Positions 53,048-64,000 of a DNA stretch of 64,000 nt are shown piece by piece; within the stretch, counting starts at the first letter, position 1, and each line of letters starts with the position of its first letter. Position numbers and translations under genes: made by a program. Below the pieces are notes generated by a model that worked only from the letters and a program-made list of their open reading frames with translations, was not told the origin of the DNA and searched no databases. This DNA comes from Bugula neritina (lineage: Eukaryota > Animalia > Bryozoa). The DNA is taken from NCBI GenBank assembly GCA_964035545.1, contig OZ037765.1, forward strand, positions 28,333,504 to 28,397,503. Reading direction: 5' to 3'.

Positions 53048-55584
53048 ATGGCAGCTGATAACAGTTTTCACCGCTCTCTGTTTTCTATCGATCAAATCTT
53101 ATCTACTGAAAAAGCTGAAAGTGCATTTTCCAAAGTTCCAAGTTTAAGTAACTTTCATGACATCAAATCTCAGCTGCGTGGCAGCTACCCGGAGAACAAA
53201 GTATCTCAACAAGCAAGTTTGCCTGCTATAATGAGGCAGCATTCACAAGATTCTTTCCATTCCCAAAGACATCTGCCGTTTGCTTCACCACCGTTGGTAT
53301 CTCCCACATGGAATTCTACACAGCTTAGAGATCCCGAGCTAATATATAACAAAATGTATTTGGACTCTTTGTTACAAGGTACTGCTTATCAAGTTGATTC
53401 CTGAATTTTAATAATAAAAATGAACACGTAAAATAGGAAAATTTTAATTTTTGACATACTGCTTCATTAGGCAGCATTATCTTATTATTGTTGCAAAGTT
53501 TAAATTTTTTTGTTAAATATATTTCTACAGATTAATGGAATTCAAATGTGTATGCTAATGTGTTAAGTTGTAGTATTTTCTCTTTTAAAATGAATTTAAA
53601 ATACTGTTTGAATGAAATTAAACCGGTGTCAGTTATTGTAAGCAAAACTCATTATAGACTTGAAAAGTTTTTCTAGAAAGTATACTGGCTGTAATAGATA
53701 CACATTTTTTCGTACAAACAATTATTTCGAATAATTGATTTTATGCATGTAATTAATGTAAAAGCATTTGGTATAGTAGTTTATCAAATATTTATGCAGC
53801 AGAATTACAGCAGCATGAACTGATATTTTACGGATGTAGACTGTGTAAAATGTCAAGTTATTAATTACTAAACCAATAACAATTATTATAATAACTATAA
53901 TAATTTCTTAATGTAAACTCAAATATAGTTTTGCTTAGTGCCTATAAAACTTATAGCAAAAATGTCATCGATTATTAAATAGTCTGCAATTTACAATACT
54001 TGTCATTATATCAAATGACATTGTGATAGCACTAATAGCATAATAGGAGAAAACTCTTGTATCCTGTATTTTTTCATTATGTTTAACATGAAATGCATTA
54101 ATAAACAATTAAGAAATCATCATTAATTACCTTTTATAGATCAGCAAGTCTATCACAACCCATGGCTGGCTCTTTTCTCATCAATTCCATTTCACAAACG
54201 AAAAGGTGGTCAAGTAAGATTCTCTAATGATCAAACCATTGAACTAGAACGAAAGTTTTCCCTGCAGAAATACCTGTCACCAACAGAACGAAAAAAAGTA
54301 GCAAAAAAACTACAGCTATCAGAGCGGCAGGTAAATTGTTTTGTAAAATTAACGTCCATTATAAATTAGCCAACCATGTAATCTTCTATACCAAGCCATG
54401 AAGCTAATATTAGCAAAAAATACAGAAGAACTGCCTATTAGTTTTCAACCTTGTAATATTTAAGTTTTCAACATTTTCCAATATACAGTGCAAATAATTT
54501 ATTACTCATATGTTAGGAGCTTTATGTAGTGTAAACAAAATGAATTTTATTATTCTATTATTTTTTTACACAATAATCTGTAGCGGAAGTCTCAGCAAAA
54601 TTAGTATCATAAATGCAGTAATTTCCCATTTCATTTTGTTTCTATGTATACAGTGTGATATTTTATCAATTGAAATCGGATTAAACAGACACGAGGGAGC
54701 CAATTTTAAATCTGTATTTCATTCTTAAGTACTTTGGCGAACAATTTGTTATCGAAGCTTTAATGACGTTATATGCTGAAAAGTATTGCTGATAGAAGGT
54801 ATCTATATGCAGGGATTATAATTATTAGGGAGATTTAAGCTCTTAAGTCAACCATATGCTGTTTGCAGTAGCAATATACCATCCATAATTGGGCTGATAG
54901 GGCAATACACACAGCAGTCAACAGTCTATAGTATAAAATTAATCAGCAATACTTAGATAAGATATCAGCTTAATTGGTCTACATATTGGCTCTATTTATT
55001 TAAGCTGACAATATGTGCAAAGTGAGAGCATGTTAGCTAAATTTAGAGCATTTCACAAGTTGTCAATTGCTTAATTAAATGGAATATTATTGTATTTCAC
55101 AATGCATTTGTTTACAAATGCAATCAATATACTCTATACAAATTGACTTTTGCTTGTTGATTATTTTAGGTTAAGACATGGTTTCAAAACAGAAGGGCTA
55201 AATGGAGACGCTTGAAACAGGTAAACTGTGGTTAGCACATTCGATTTTTATACCACCAAAAGATTTATATTTTCCTTGTTTGTATGTTTGCTCTAATTGA
55301 TGATACCTTTTCATAAGCGTTTATCAAATTGATAGGACACCAAACAATATATTAAACCACAAGATGTGAAGGAGGATCAAAACATGCCGACAGAACAAAA
55401 TGATAAATCAGCAAGCATTCCATTAAACCACACAGACGATTCACAACTAGAAGCAGTGCCTCACAACTCAGATATGTATAACTCCGCTGCCGGCTTAAAA
55501 GAGAACAAAAGTAACTTCTTTGAGAAATACAACCTCCCTTCTAGTAGTCAAGAACTGGTAGAATCTGATATAGAAGTAGATTAG
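53048..55584 (+). CDS. HHEX: Hematopoietically expressed homeobox (Hex/Prh), 273 aa, 4 exons
   Basis: Exons 53048-53378, 54140-54330, 55170-55220 and 55336-55584. eh1 motif FSIDQIL; homeodomain HKRKGGQVRFSNDQTIELERKF..QKYLSP.ERK..AK.LQLSERQVKTWFQNRRAKWRRLKQ; acidic tail SDIEVD. Confidence 0.97.
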
Positions 55585-56617
55585 ATCAAAAATGAAAAAC
55601 TTTTATTTTTAGAATCCTTTATTCCCTAAATTTAAAAAAAAAAGTAAATAGAACAATATAATACAAATATATTTTGTAATAAAGAAATTGTTTTTGTCTT
55701 TAATATATTATGTAAATTATTTGAAAAAATCAAAGATAATAGTTATAAATGTATATGACATGTACTGACCGCTACAATTTGGAAAGTAACAATAAACACC
55801 ATGGACATTGTGACTGTTAGAATTTATACAAGCTAGTAAATAAAAGCAGCAAAAAGTATTGTTAGAGATTACACAAATATCATTTAAACATATATTAGGA
55901 GAAATATACTACCTAATAGTTTTTGATAACTAACCATCACCTTGGGCATGTATAAGCCATTACATTTTGAGCTATATTATTGTGTTCCACAATTCAAAAT
56001 TGCATAGATTTGGTTGACGATATATAACATGGACTAGCGATAAATTATCGCAACAACCAGCACCTATAATGTACAGCATAGAAAAGCTAAAACATTTACT
56101 TAAGTGTTAATAAAACAAACTATAGTTTTTTTGTGACTGAACAATTTTTCAATAGAATATCACATTTTACAAAGAGATGAGTAACTACTAGGTTACCTAA
56201 TATTTGGGACTTGGAGCTGGTGACATGGTATGTACACATTTGAACACAATTGAAGATCCGTATAGAAATTATATTACCTGTTATGTTTAGTAACAGGTAA
56301 AATTTTGAGCTACTATATGAGTAAATGCACCGATATAGAACAAGCCAAACTAGTGCCTAGTGATACTCATGAGGATGAAGCATATAAAAACAACTAAAAA
56401 AGTTTCTAATTAATTTTTTAACATTTAGAATTATATAAAATTAAATGAGAAAAATTAGTTTTGAAGAATTACCACTTCTAAATTATTTAAAAAGCTAAAT
56501 TGCAGACATAAAAATAGAAAAGTTGTCCATAGAGGCCCCGCAGCATTACTAATACACAAGATTCAGTGTTTGCCAGTGTTGAAGTAAGTTTTAGGCAGTC
56601 ATAAGAATTGACAAGAT

Positions 56618-59430
56618 TTATTCTTTCCTCTCCACAGCTCGAACTCTAGTGAACATTAGCATAGTGAATGGAACCAACATAAGAACAGCTCCTAGAACAT
56701 AGCATGTCTCTGCCCCCAGGCTCCAGTAGGCTATAACATAGAAACAGTTATGTAGACAACATAGAAACAGTTATGCAGACAACATAGAAACAGTGAAACT
56801 GAAAATAATACAGCGTGTGTGTGTGTGTGTGCGTATGTGTGTGTTCGCGCATGAGCACGTATTTGTGTATAGTAAATATTTAGAAGAAAAAGTATTTTAA
56901 ATAAAGATGTGAAAAAAAAAGTATAGAGAATGCAAAATAGATAACAACCTTATGTAAGGTTTTAATGATTTGGCTGTCAAAGCATTATGTGAAATAATTA
57001 CTGCATGTCAAAACAATTCAAACCTGCAGATGCTGACAAGGGGCCCATGGCTCTAGCTAGAGCTCCTAGGGCCCTGAATACGCCCAACACAGAACCCTTC
57101 TGACTGTCAGCTCCGTATTCAGATATTATTGTCGTCATGCAGGGTACAACAGTTGCAGAAGCTGTAAAGAGTGCTCACAGCTTAATGTTGACACACAGTG
57201 GATGAACAAGAAGAAGCATAATTCAACAGCACAGAATGCCAGAAAACAGACTTTACACTAAACAAAAGTAATAAATCTACATATCATGTGTATATGTATA
57301 TACAGTCAGTGGAGGATCAGGTACAGATATAGGAGAAGTGCCTTATAGACGTATGGAATCACACACAGACTTTACTCAATCTAATGTAACCTAATGATTA
57401 CAATAGATTGATAATTGTTGACACAACAGACCATCTGATTAACTCCATTCTTAGAATGCCACACAAAATAATGTAAAATTATATTCTTAAGATAACAATA
57501 CATTCGACTGTAAATCAGACATTCGATAACTATAAGAGGATTAATATGATTTCACACCCTCTGCAAGTCTATACAGCTGTATATCTTACAGTTGGCTATT
57601 GCTACTCTACTTGAGAGCTATGCATGTCACTATTCATGATATAATTAGTCTACTTTATTCAACTCACATGGGAATATAACTCCAACAAATGAAACCATTT
57701 CAATATTTTTAGCATTAGTTGCAAACAACCACCCACATTAATTAAATATTCAGTAAAGAATATTGCAAGGTTACATTGTTTGATCAAATTTTATACTAAA
57801 ATATTTAATAAAATAGTAAAGTGACAGAGTAAGAACACAATGAGGTATACTAATTGTGAGTTGAGGGTGGTGTCTGACCCTACCCACGACTCATCCTAAA
57901 ATACTTTAATTATATAATGGAGCCTACATGATTTCTTTTATTTGAATGCTGTCTGTCATCTAACTAACACACTGCGTGATAAATTTAATAGGAGTTAATT
58001 AATTTACCAAATCCAAAGAGCAGGAGTCCCAGATAGAAGAGGGCAGCACTTTGAGCATATCCGATACATAAGAATGCAGGCATTAGAACCAGAATACCAG
58101 AGAGGGCGGTTTTCTTCTCAGTACCACTGGCCTTCCTTCTAGTGTATCCACCTAGTATGTAGACGAAGATTTGAAACAGCCATCTGCTATTATCATTTAT
58201 TATTCTATATAGTTACAGCGAAGGGTAATTATTGGTAAATAAAGCATTGTTGTAAAAATTCACATATTTCAAAATTAAATTAATGTAAAAAAATAATGTA
58301 CATTAGTCTAATGGCCATTATAAATATTGCACTATGATATGGCAAAAACCTCACACAATATTTATAAAATACACACTAATTTTATTAAAACTTGGGTAAC
58401 AAAAACAAATCTAGATATAGAGTTAATATATTGAGCATAGTTTACCTTGAATGAATATCATCACTAGACCTAGAGTGAAGAACATTTTCCCTTGTTGCAT
58501 ACTACAAACAATATAAATGTTTTGCATAACAAAAAGGGAAGTTTTGGTGAACTAATTTATCAGCAGATGTTAGGAGTTATATGCTCTCAAATATAAATGG
58601 TAAGTTGTAACTATTACCTAATGTACACAAGTGTATCTTTCATGTGAAACTGTTGACTGCTAAATATTTTTAGGTAAGAAGTACAATGCTATAACAAACT
58701 TAATGCTTATATATTACAACATTTCACCTAATGGCTGTACTACTGTGTGGTGCAGCTATGATGCAGGTAAAGTTTGCACACAATGAGCCCTAGAAAGCTT
58801 TGTGCTGCAAGCCATGTATACTATGCTAGCTGCAGATTATGTGAGTTTTCTAGTCCACCTGCATGTAATTTCCTTGCAGAGGGCTTAAACAGATAAAGTT
58901 ACAGCTGAAGATGCTAAACATAATTAGTGTCACAGCTGCAATTTACATTATAACTTTATTGTATTAGATACTAAATGAATGCACTGTATAGCACATGGTG
59001 AGATGGGAGTCCCATGAAAATAGATGATTATACTATTAGGCTTCCTTATAATACAGTATTGCCCGAACAGGAGCTAACAACTCCAAACAATATTAACTAG
59101 GCATATGAACACTGCATGTTAGAGTGTAATCAGATAGGAGACGAGTGTTGCTGTGACAGCACTTTTATGACATGTGAGTAAAATATTACCTGGAATAATT
59201 GAATCTAAGGTAAGTGAGGAAGGTCAAAGTGAATTCAATTCCCGAATATAGGAACAGATAAATAAAATATATAAATCCTATTTTTCTCATTGCGCGTCTC
59301 TCTGTAACACACAAGCATATTATATTGTAGTATACAAATTGTAATATGTTACTTATATTGTAACAAATATATAGAGTAAAATAGTACATATATTATAGCA
59401 TACATATTGTAATATATAACATATTCTACA

Positions 59431-59484
<54 letters not shown>

Positions 59485-61309
59485 AAATAGCACAAATATT
59501 TAAGGTATACTAATAAAGTATATTCCAAGCTGAACAGAATTAAAATGAATTAAGACACTCGCATACCTTCCACTTTTACTCCGGACACATTTTTGAATGA
59601 GAAGAGGGCCAGAGGGTTGATGAGGTCTAACATTCTGTTTCCAGCAGCAAACATGGAATCCAGCTGAAAGATAAAGGAGAAAATGAGAATTCCTCTTGAG
59701 CTCTGGGCAGAGCCACAGCAGAAGTCGATAAAATTCTGACATTCCATTGGCAGCAGTGAATAATAGGAAAAGCTGTCAAGACAAAGTGAAGGACAACCTC
59801 TGCTGTGATAATAAGTGATTACCCTTTTATTTTCTGGAAGAGTTTCTTGAAAGGCACAAAATATATAAACAATATCCAGCAATGCCATTGACAGTGCAAA
59901 GAGAGCTGGACCAACAAAGAATTCACCAGAGCCAATCCCAGGCACAACACCACCAGCAAATCCTGTAAGCAGAGTGGCAAATGTTTAGAATCCACTATAT
60001 ATTCATATACTCTATAGTTTACACAACAGTGCATTGTGTATTACATATAACAAACTCATTCATTATAGTCACATTACTAACACAAACCTGCTCCGATTAT
60101 CGGCCCCAATAGAAATCCCATGCTGAATGATATGCCTATCATTGCCTACAAAATGTTCAGAAATAATCAGAATTGTAAGAAAAATAATTCATTTGATTAG
60201 GTAGTGCTATTAAATGAATTAACTATTTAGTAACAGTTGATTACTGGTTTTGATATACTATATACATGAACTAAAATGATTATGAGTTTACTCAACTGAA
60301 GCAAGAGGCCATTTTAGTGGCAAAACTACAAAAAATTCTCAAAGCAGGATGTATAACTTACTTGAGAGAAAATTACCATTATCATATTTGCTATGAATGA
60401 TACATAACAGTATGTACAATTACCAGTTACACTATTTAGTGAGTAATAATTTTATTAATGTTTAATGTATGAATAAATATACACTCCCTTACCATTCCCT
60501 GTCCTCTTTGTTTAGTATTGTATACATCAGCTACCACAGCTGTGCTCAAGCTTACATTACCCTTGGCTAAGCCACCAACTATCCGTGAGAGAACAAATAG
60601 TGAAAAGTTTCCAGCAAATGCCCAAATGACATAGGATAAGGCAACTCCCATCTACACAAAACATGTTAAGCAATTTAATACATTGGCATGGGGTTTTATA
60701 CATGTGAAGTGTAAAATAGTTAGTATATAAAACATACCATAGTTAATAGCATCATTGGCCTTCTACCATACACATCTGAAGCCGCACCAATAAAAGGCGA
60801 TGCTAAGAATTGCAGCAAAGAGAAAAGTGATCCTATCACACCTGCAACAGAAAGATATTACTTATTACTTGTAGGTAACTTTAAACTCACTCCAGAAAGT
60901 CACAAAATAATCTCATCTAACCTCCAAATAGAACGGAATTCCATTTAGGTGTATCTGGAGCTCCCACCAATATTCTGAAACTTGAGACAGACGACTTCAT
61001 TGTTGAATATAAATCATCCTATGGCAAAAATCAATTAAAATACATAAAACATGTATAGCATCTTTTGAACTAATAACCAGGCAATAAACCAACATTCAGA
61101 AAATTACTTTATTGTATAACAAAAGGTTTATTACTCACAGATCCTTCTTTACCATAAAATTCAAGCAACTTTGGCATTAATGGAAGAATGACGGTGAAAC
61201 CCAACAGGTCAATTAGTAGAGTCATGAAAATTACAACATTCATCTTTGCCGTAGAGATCTTATTTTTTTCCTCAATAATCTTCTCATTATTTCTTTGGTA
61301 TTCGGCCAT
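56618..61309 (-). CDS. MFSD10: MFS transporter MFSD10 (TETRAN, tetracycline transporter-like), 12 coding exons
   Basis: Exons 61139-61309, 60922-61018, 60738-60841, 60493-60651, 60088-60145, 59823-59962, 59567-59663, 59190-59301, 58446-58501, 58008-58151, 57024-57161 and 56618-56730. Motifs LLIDLLGFTVILPL, NSVLFGG, SDVYGRRP, KGNVSLSTAVVAD, ETLP, YSGIEFTLTFL, QQGKMF, FRALGALARAMGP. Confidence 0.95.
56735..56845. repeat. 23-bp tandem repeat (~2.6 copies) followed by (GT)n
   Basis: aacatagaaacagttatgtagac units, then gtgtgtgt. Confidence 0.8.
59434..59481. repeat. (AT)n microsatellite
   Basis: Pure alternating AT run. Confidence 0.97.
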
Positions 61310-61839
61310 AATTCTTAAGTCTATAAATTATAATTTTACGTAAATATAATTATTATGCAACATTTATTTAACAAACTGTACTGTATTTGGTATGCACAGG
61401 CAAATTACTGAATGAGAGAACTTTAATATAAAATCAACCTAAAAGCTTACTTTGAAATCTCATAGCAAATTATTTTATCAGCAGTAAGCAACATTTAACA
61501 ATACACGGTTTAATGAGTTGAAATTACTAGATATTACTATTACCTATTAGGATTACATGTGATTGATAATCAATTTTACCAAAATAGCTACTGCATAGAT
61601 GAGGATGATGAGCAGATGACAAATTTCATCTTAGTTATCTGTCCTTGATTCAACATTCAGAATCTAGTCAATCAATATTAGCATTACTAATAGTATTACA
61701 ATAACTCAATAAGAATGTCAGCCATATTATTTTTGTGTCTTTGTAATTGCTGGAATTTGATTTTGATTCTCTGTCTGAACCAATAACAAACAATTTCAGT
61801 GTCATTAAATATCATAATTAGCATAAGTATAATAATAAA

Positions 61840-62620
61840 GATTACTAACTCTAAGTTTAATAAGTTATAGTCACTGTCAGTGACTCCAGTATATTTCCTG
61901 TCAACTCGAAGTTGAACTTGATTAACAAAATAAAGGTTTAGGTTAACCTAAACTTTAACTAAACAGTCAATTGGCTACCTAGTAATACTAGTAGCAATAA
62001 TATCCCTATCAGTATGAGTATCACTATCAATAACTGTAAGACTAAGAGTAACCGTAAGTGAGTATATTGTATAAGTAAGACTTATTGACTATCACTGTCA
62101 CCATCAGTATCACTATTAGTATTACCATTAGTACTACTACTACTATTACTATTAGTCTATTACTAATACTAATAGTTATAGTAATAGTATTACTATTAGT
62201 ATTAGTAATACTAATAGTAATAGTAAATGTAATACTAATAGAGTAATACTAATAGTATTAGTATTACTCTATTAGTATTAGTATTACATTTACTATTATT
62301 ATTACTATTAGTATTACTATGACTATTACATTTAGTGATTTACTATTACTCCATTACTATTAGTATTACTGTATTACTATTAGTAATACTATAACTATAG
62401 TATAAGTATTAGTAATACTATTGCTATTAGTATTACTATTAGATTTAGTATTATTATTACTATTACTATTACTATTAGTATTACTATTACTCATTTACTG
62501 TATTACTAGTATTAGTATTACTATTAGTAATTACTAATAGTAATAGTAATTAGTACGAGTATGTTTAGCACGAGCATAGAAATTAGAATAATATCAATAC
62601 TAATAGTAATAGTTGAGACG
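61840..62620. repeat. Large phased ACT/AGT hexamer tract in the MFSD10 5' region
   Basis: (agtatt/actatt/actaat/agtaat)n mixed in both orientations. Confidence 0.92.
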
Positions 62621-63149
62621 AAAACTTAAATTATTAACTGTAACAAATAATCAAAAGAGCATCAACATCTGCAGAAATTTTTTTTATATAATTTATATAA
62701 CCTAGAGGCTACATAATCGGCAATGCAGGAAACACATAATGACTTTTGTATGACCTTGAAGATTTTTTTTTTACCGTTATTATTCACCCAATAACAATAA
62801 AGTTTCATTGAAAATTTGTCCAATGGCATGAAACTTGATTCATTCAAGTTATGATAGCCCGTGCTACAAAGGTTCTCTGCATATGCCACAATGTAAAAGC
62901 TAGCAAATCGTATTCTTTTGAAGAACACGTTGACTATATAATATATGTTTTACAGTCTAAGTAACAGCAGTAGGGAACAAAAATAGCTAAAATTAGTTTT
63001 TACTTCGTAATTATAATATTGGTGCGCATAGTAGTAAGTAAGTGAGTCATACAAGTTATCCCACATAACTCTAAGTCTATGGTTGTAGTAATGAGTTTAC
63101 TAAGTTGATCAAGCACATCAATTTTAAATTTACGACTGCTATTTGGATT

Positions 63150-63700
63150 CTATTAGTATTACTATTAGCTAAATATCAGAATTTATATTATTTTATTTAA
63201 TATTTTAATTTAGTTTTATTAAATAGTAAATACTAATAGTAATTACTAAAAGTAAATTAAATTTATTTTTGTTCAACCTCAAAGTTATACTTATTAAGAT
63301 GATGATCATCATGATTATTATAACTTTGACTATAAGTATAACTGTATAACTATAAGTATAACTATAACTGTATAAGTAAAACTAAAAGTATAACATTAAC
63401 TATAAGTAGGCCTAAGGCTAATACTAATAGTATAACTATAAGTATAAAATTAAATATAATAATAAATATTAATATAAATATTATTTATTTTTTAAATTGT
63501 GATAGCTTTGTCACTAACTTTGTGGGTTGTTAAACTTAACGGAACCTTTAAGTTTTAGTGATTAGTCTAATTCACTTTCAGTTAGTGTTGGTGTTACACT
63601 TACTGTTACACTTGCTGTTAGTTTTAGTGAGTTACCAAAATAAAAAGTATCACTATCTGTAACTATACTGTAACTGTAAGTACAAGCTACAGCTGTAGGC
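63150..63700. repeat. Phased hexamer tract right of the unique core at 62620-63130
   Basis: actataagtataactgtataactataagtata; gttacacttactgttacac. Confidence 0.85.
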
Positions 63701-64000
63701 AATTGAAACTTAAGGTTCCTGTTGAGATTAGGCAAATTTAGCAAGTTTCAAATGGCTAAGATTGTAGATGATTGTTTTCAGAAATAATTATAATCCGTGA
63801 TAGTATTAGTTATTGTACCTATGATTAATGTCATTCTTACTCTAAGACTGATGGTATCACAGGCAAATGGGCATGAAAAGGGCTTTTTATTGTGTTTGGG
63901 TAGCATAGCATACAATTTTCTGTGCATTTCTCATCTAGACTATGCATCTACAACATTCAACCCCATACCACAAAAAAAAAACAATTTCCATTGAAGAAAT

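Overview
AT-rich, intron-containing genomic DNA of an invertebrate animal (bilaterian-type gene set; the species cannot be determined from the sequence). Nine spliced protein-coding genes were reconstructed exon by exon: Hsp10 (-) and Hsp60 (+) head-to-head, a GLCCI1/FAM117-family gene (-), a membrane-anchored USP deubiquitinase (-), URM1 (+), FAIM (-), LZTR1 (+), Hhex (+) and MFSD10 (-). Mobile DNA includes a deleted Sola2-like DNA transposon with ~1.17 kb inverted arms, a fold-back MITE with the same GGGTCATT termini and an ATAT target-site duplication inside Hsp60, a 5'-truncated CR1/L2-type LINE with an open frame, a ~515 bp fold-back element and a tRNA-derived relic. The most striking unexplained structure is a set of strand-symmetric simple-sequence tracts with ACT/AGT (or ATN) phased every 3 or 6 bp. 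They contain nested inverted duplications, flank the inferred 5' end of every housekeeping gene in the window, and are absent from the 6 kb upstream of the developmental gene Hhex. Other oddities are an Hsp60 without the GGM tail and with a GC-AG intron, a USP with an atypical Cys box and several N-terminal hydrophobic segments, and an in-frame hairpin intron in MFSD10. All calls were made by eye, without database searches or transcript data.
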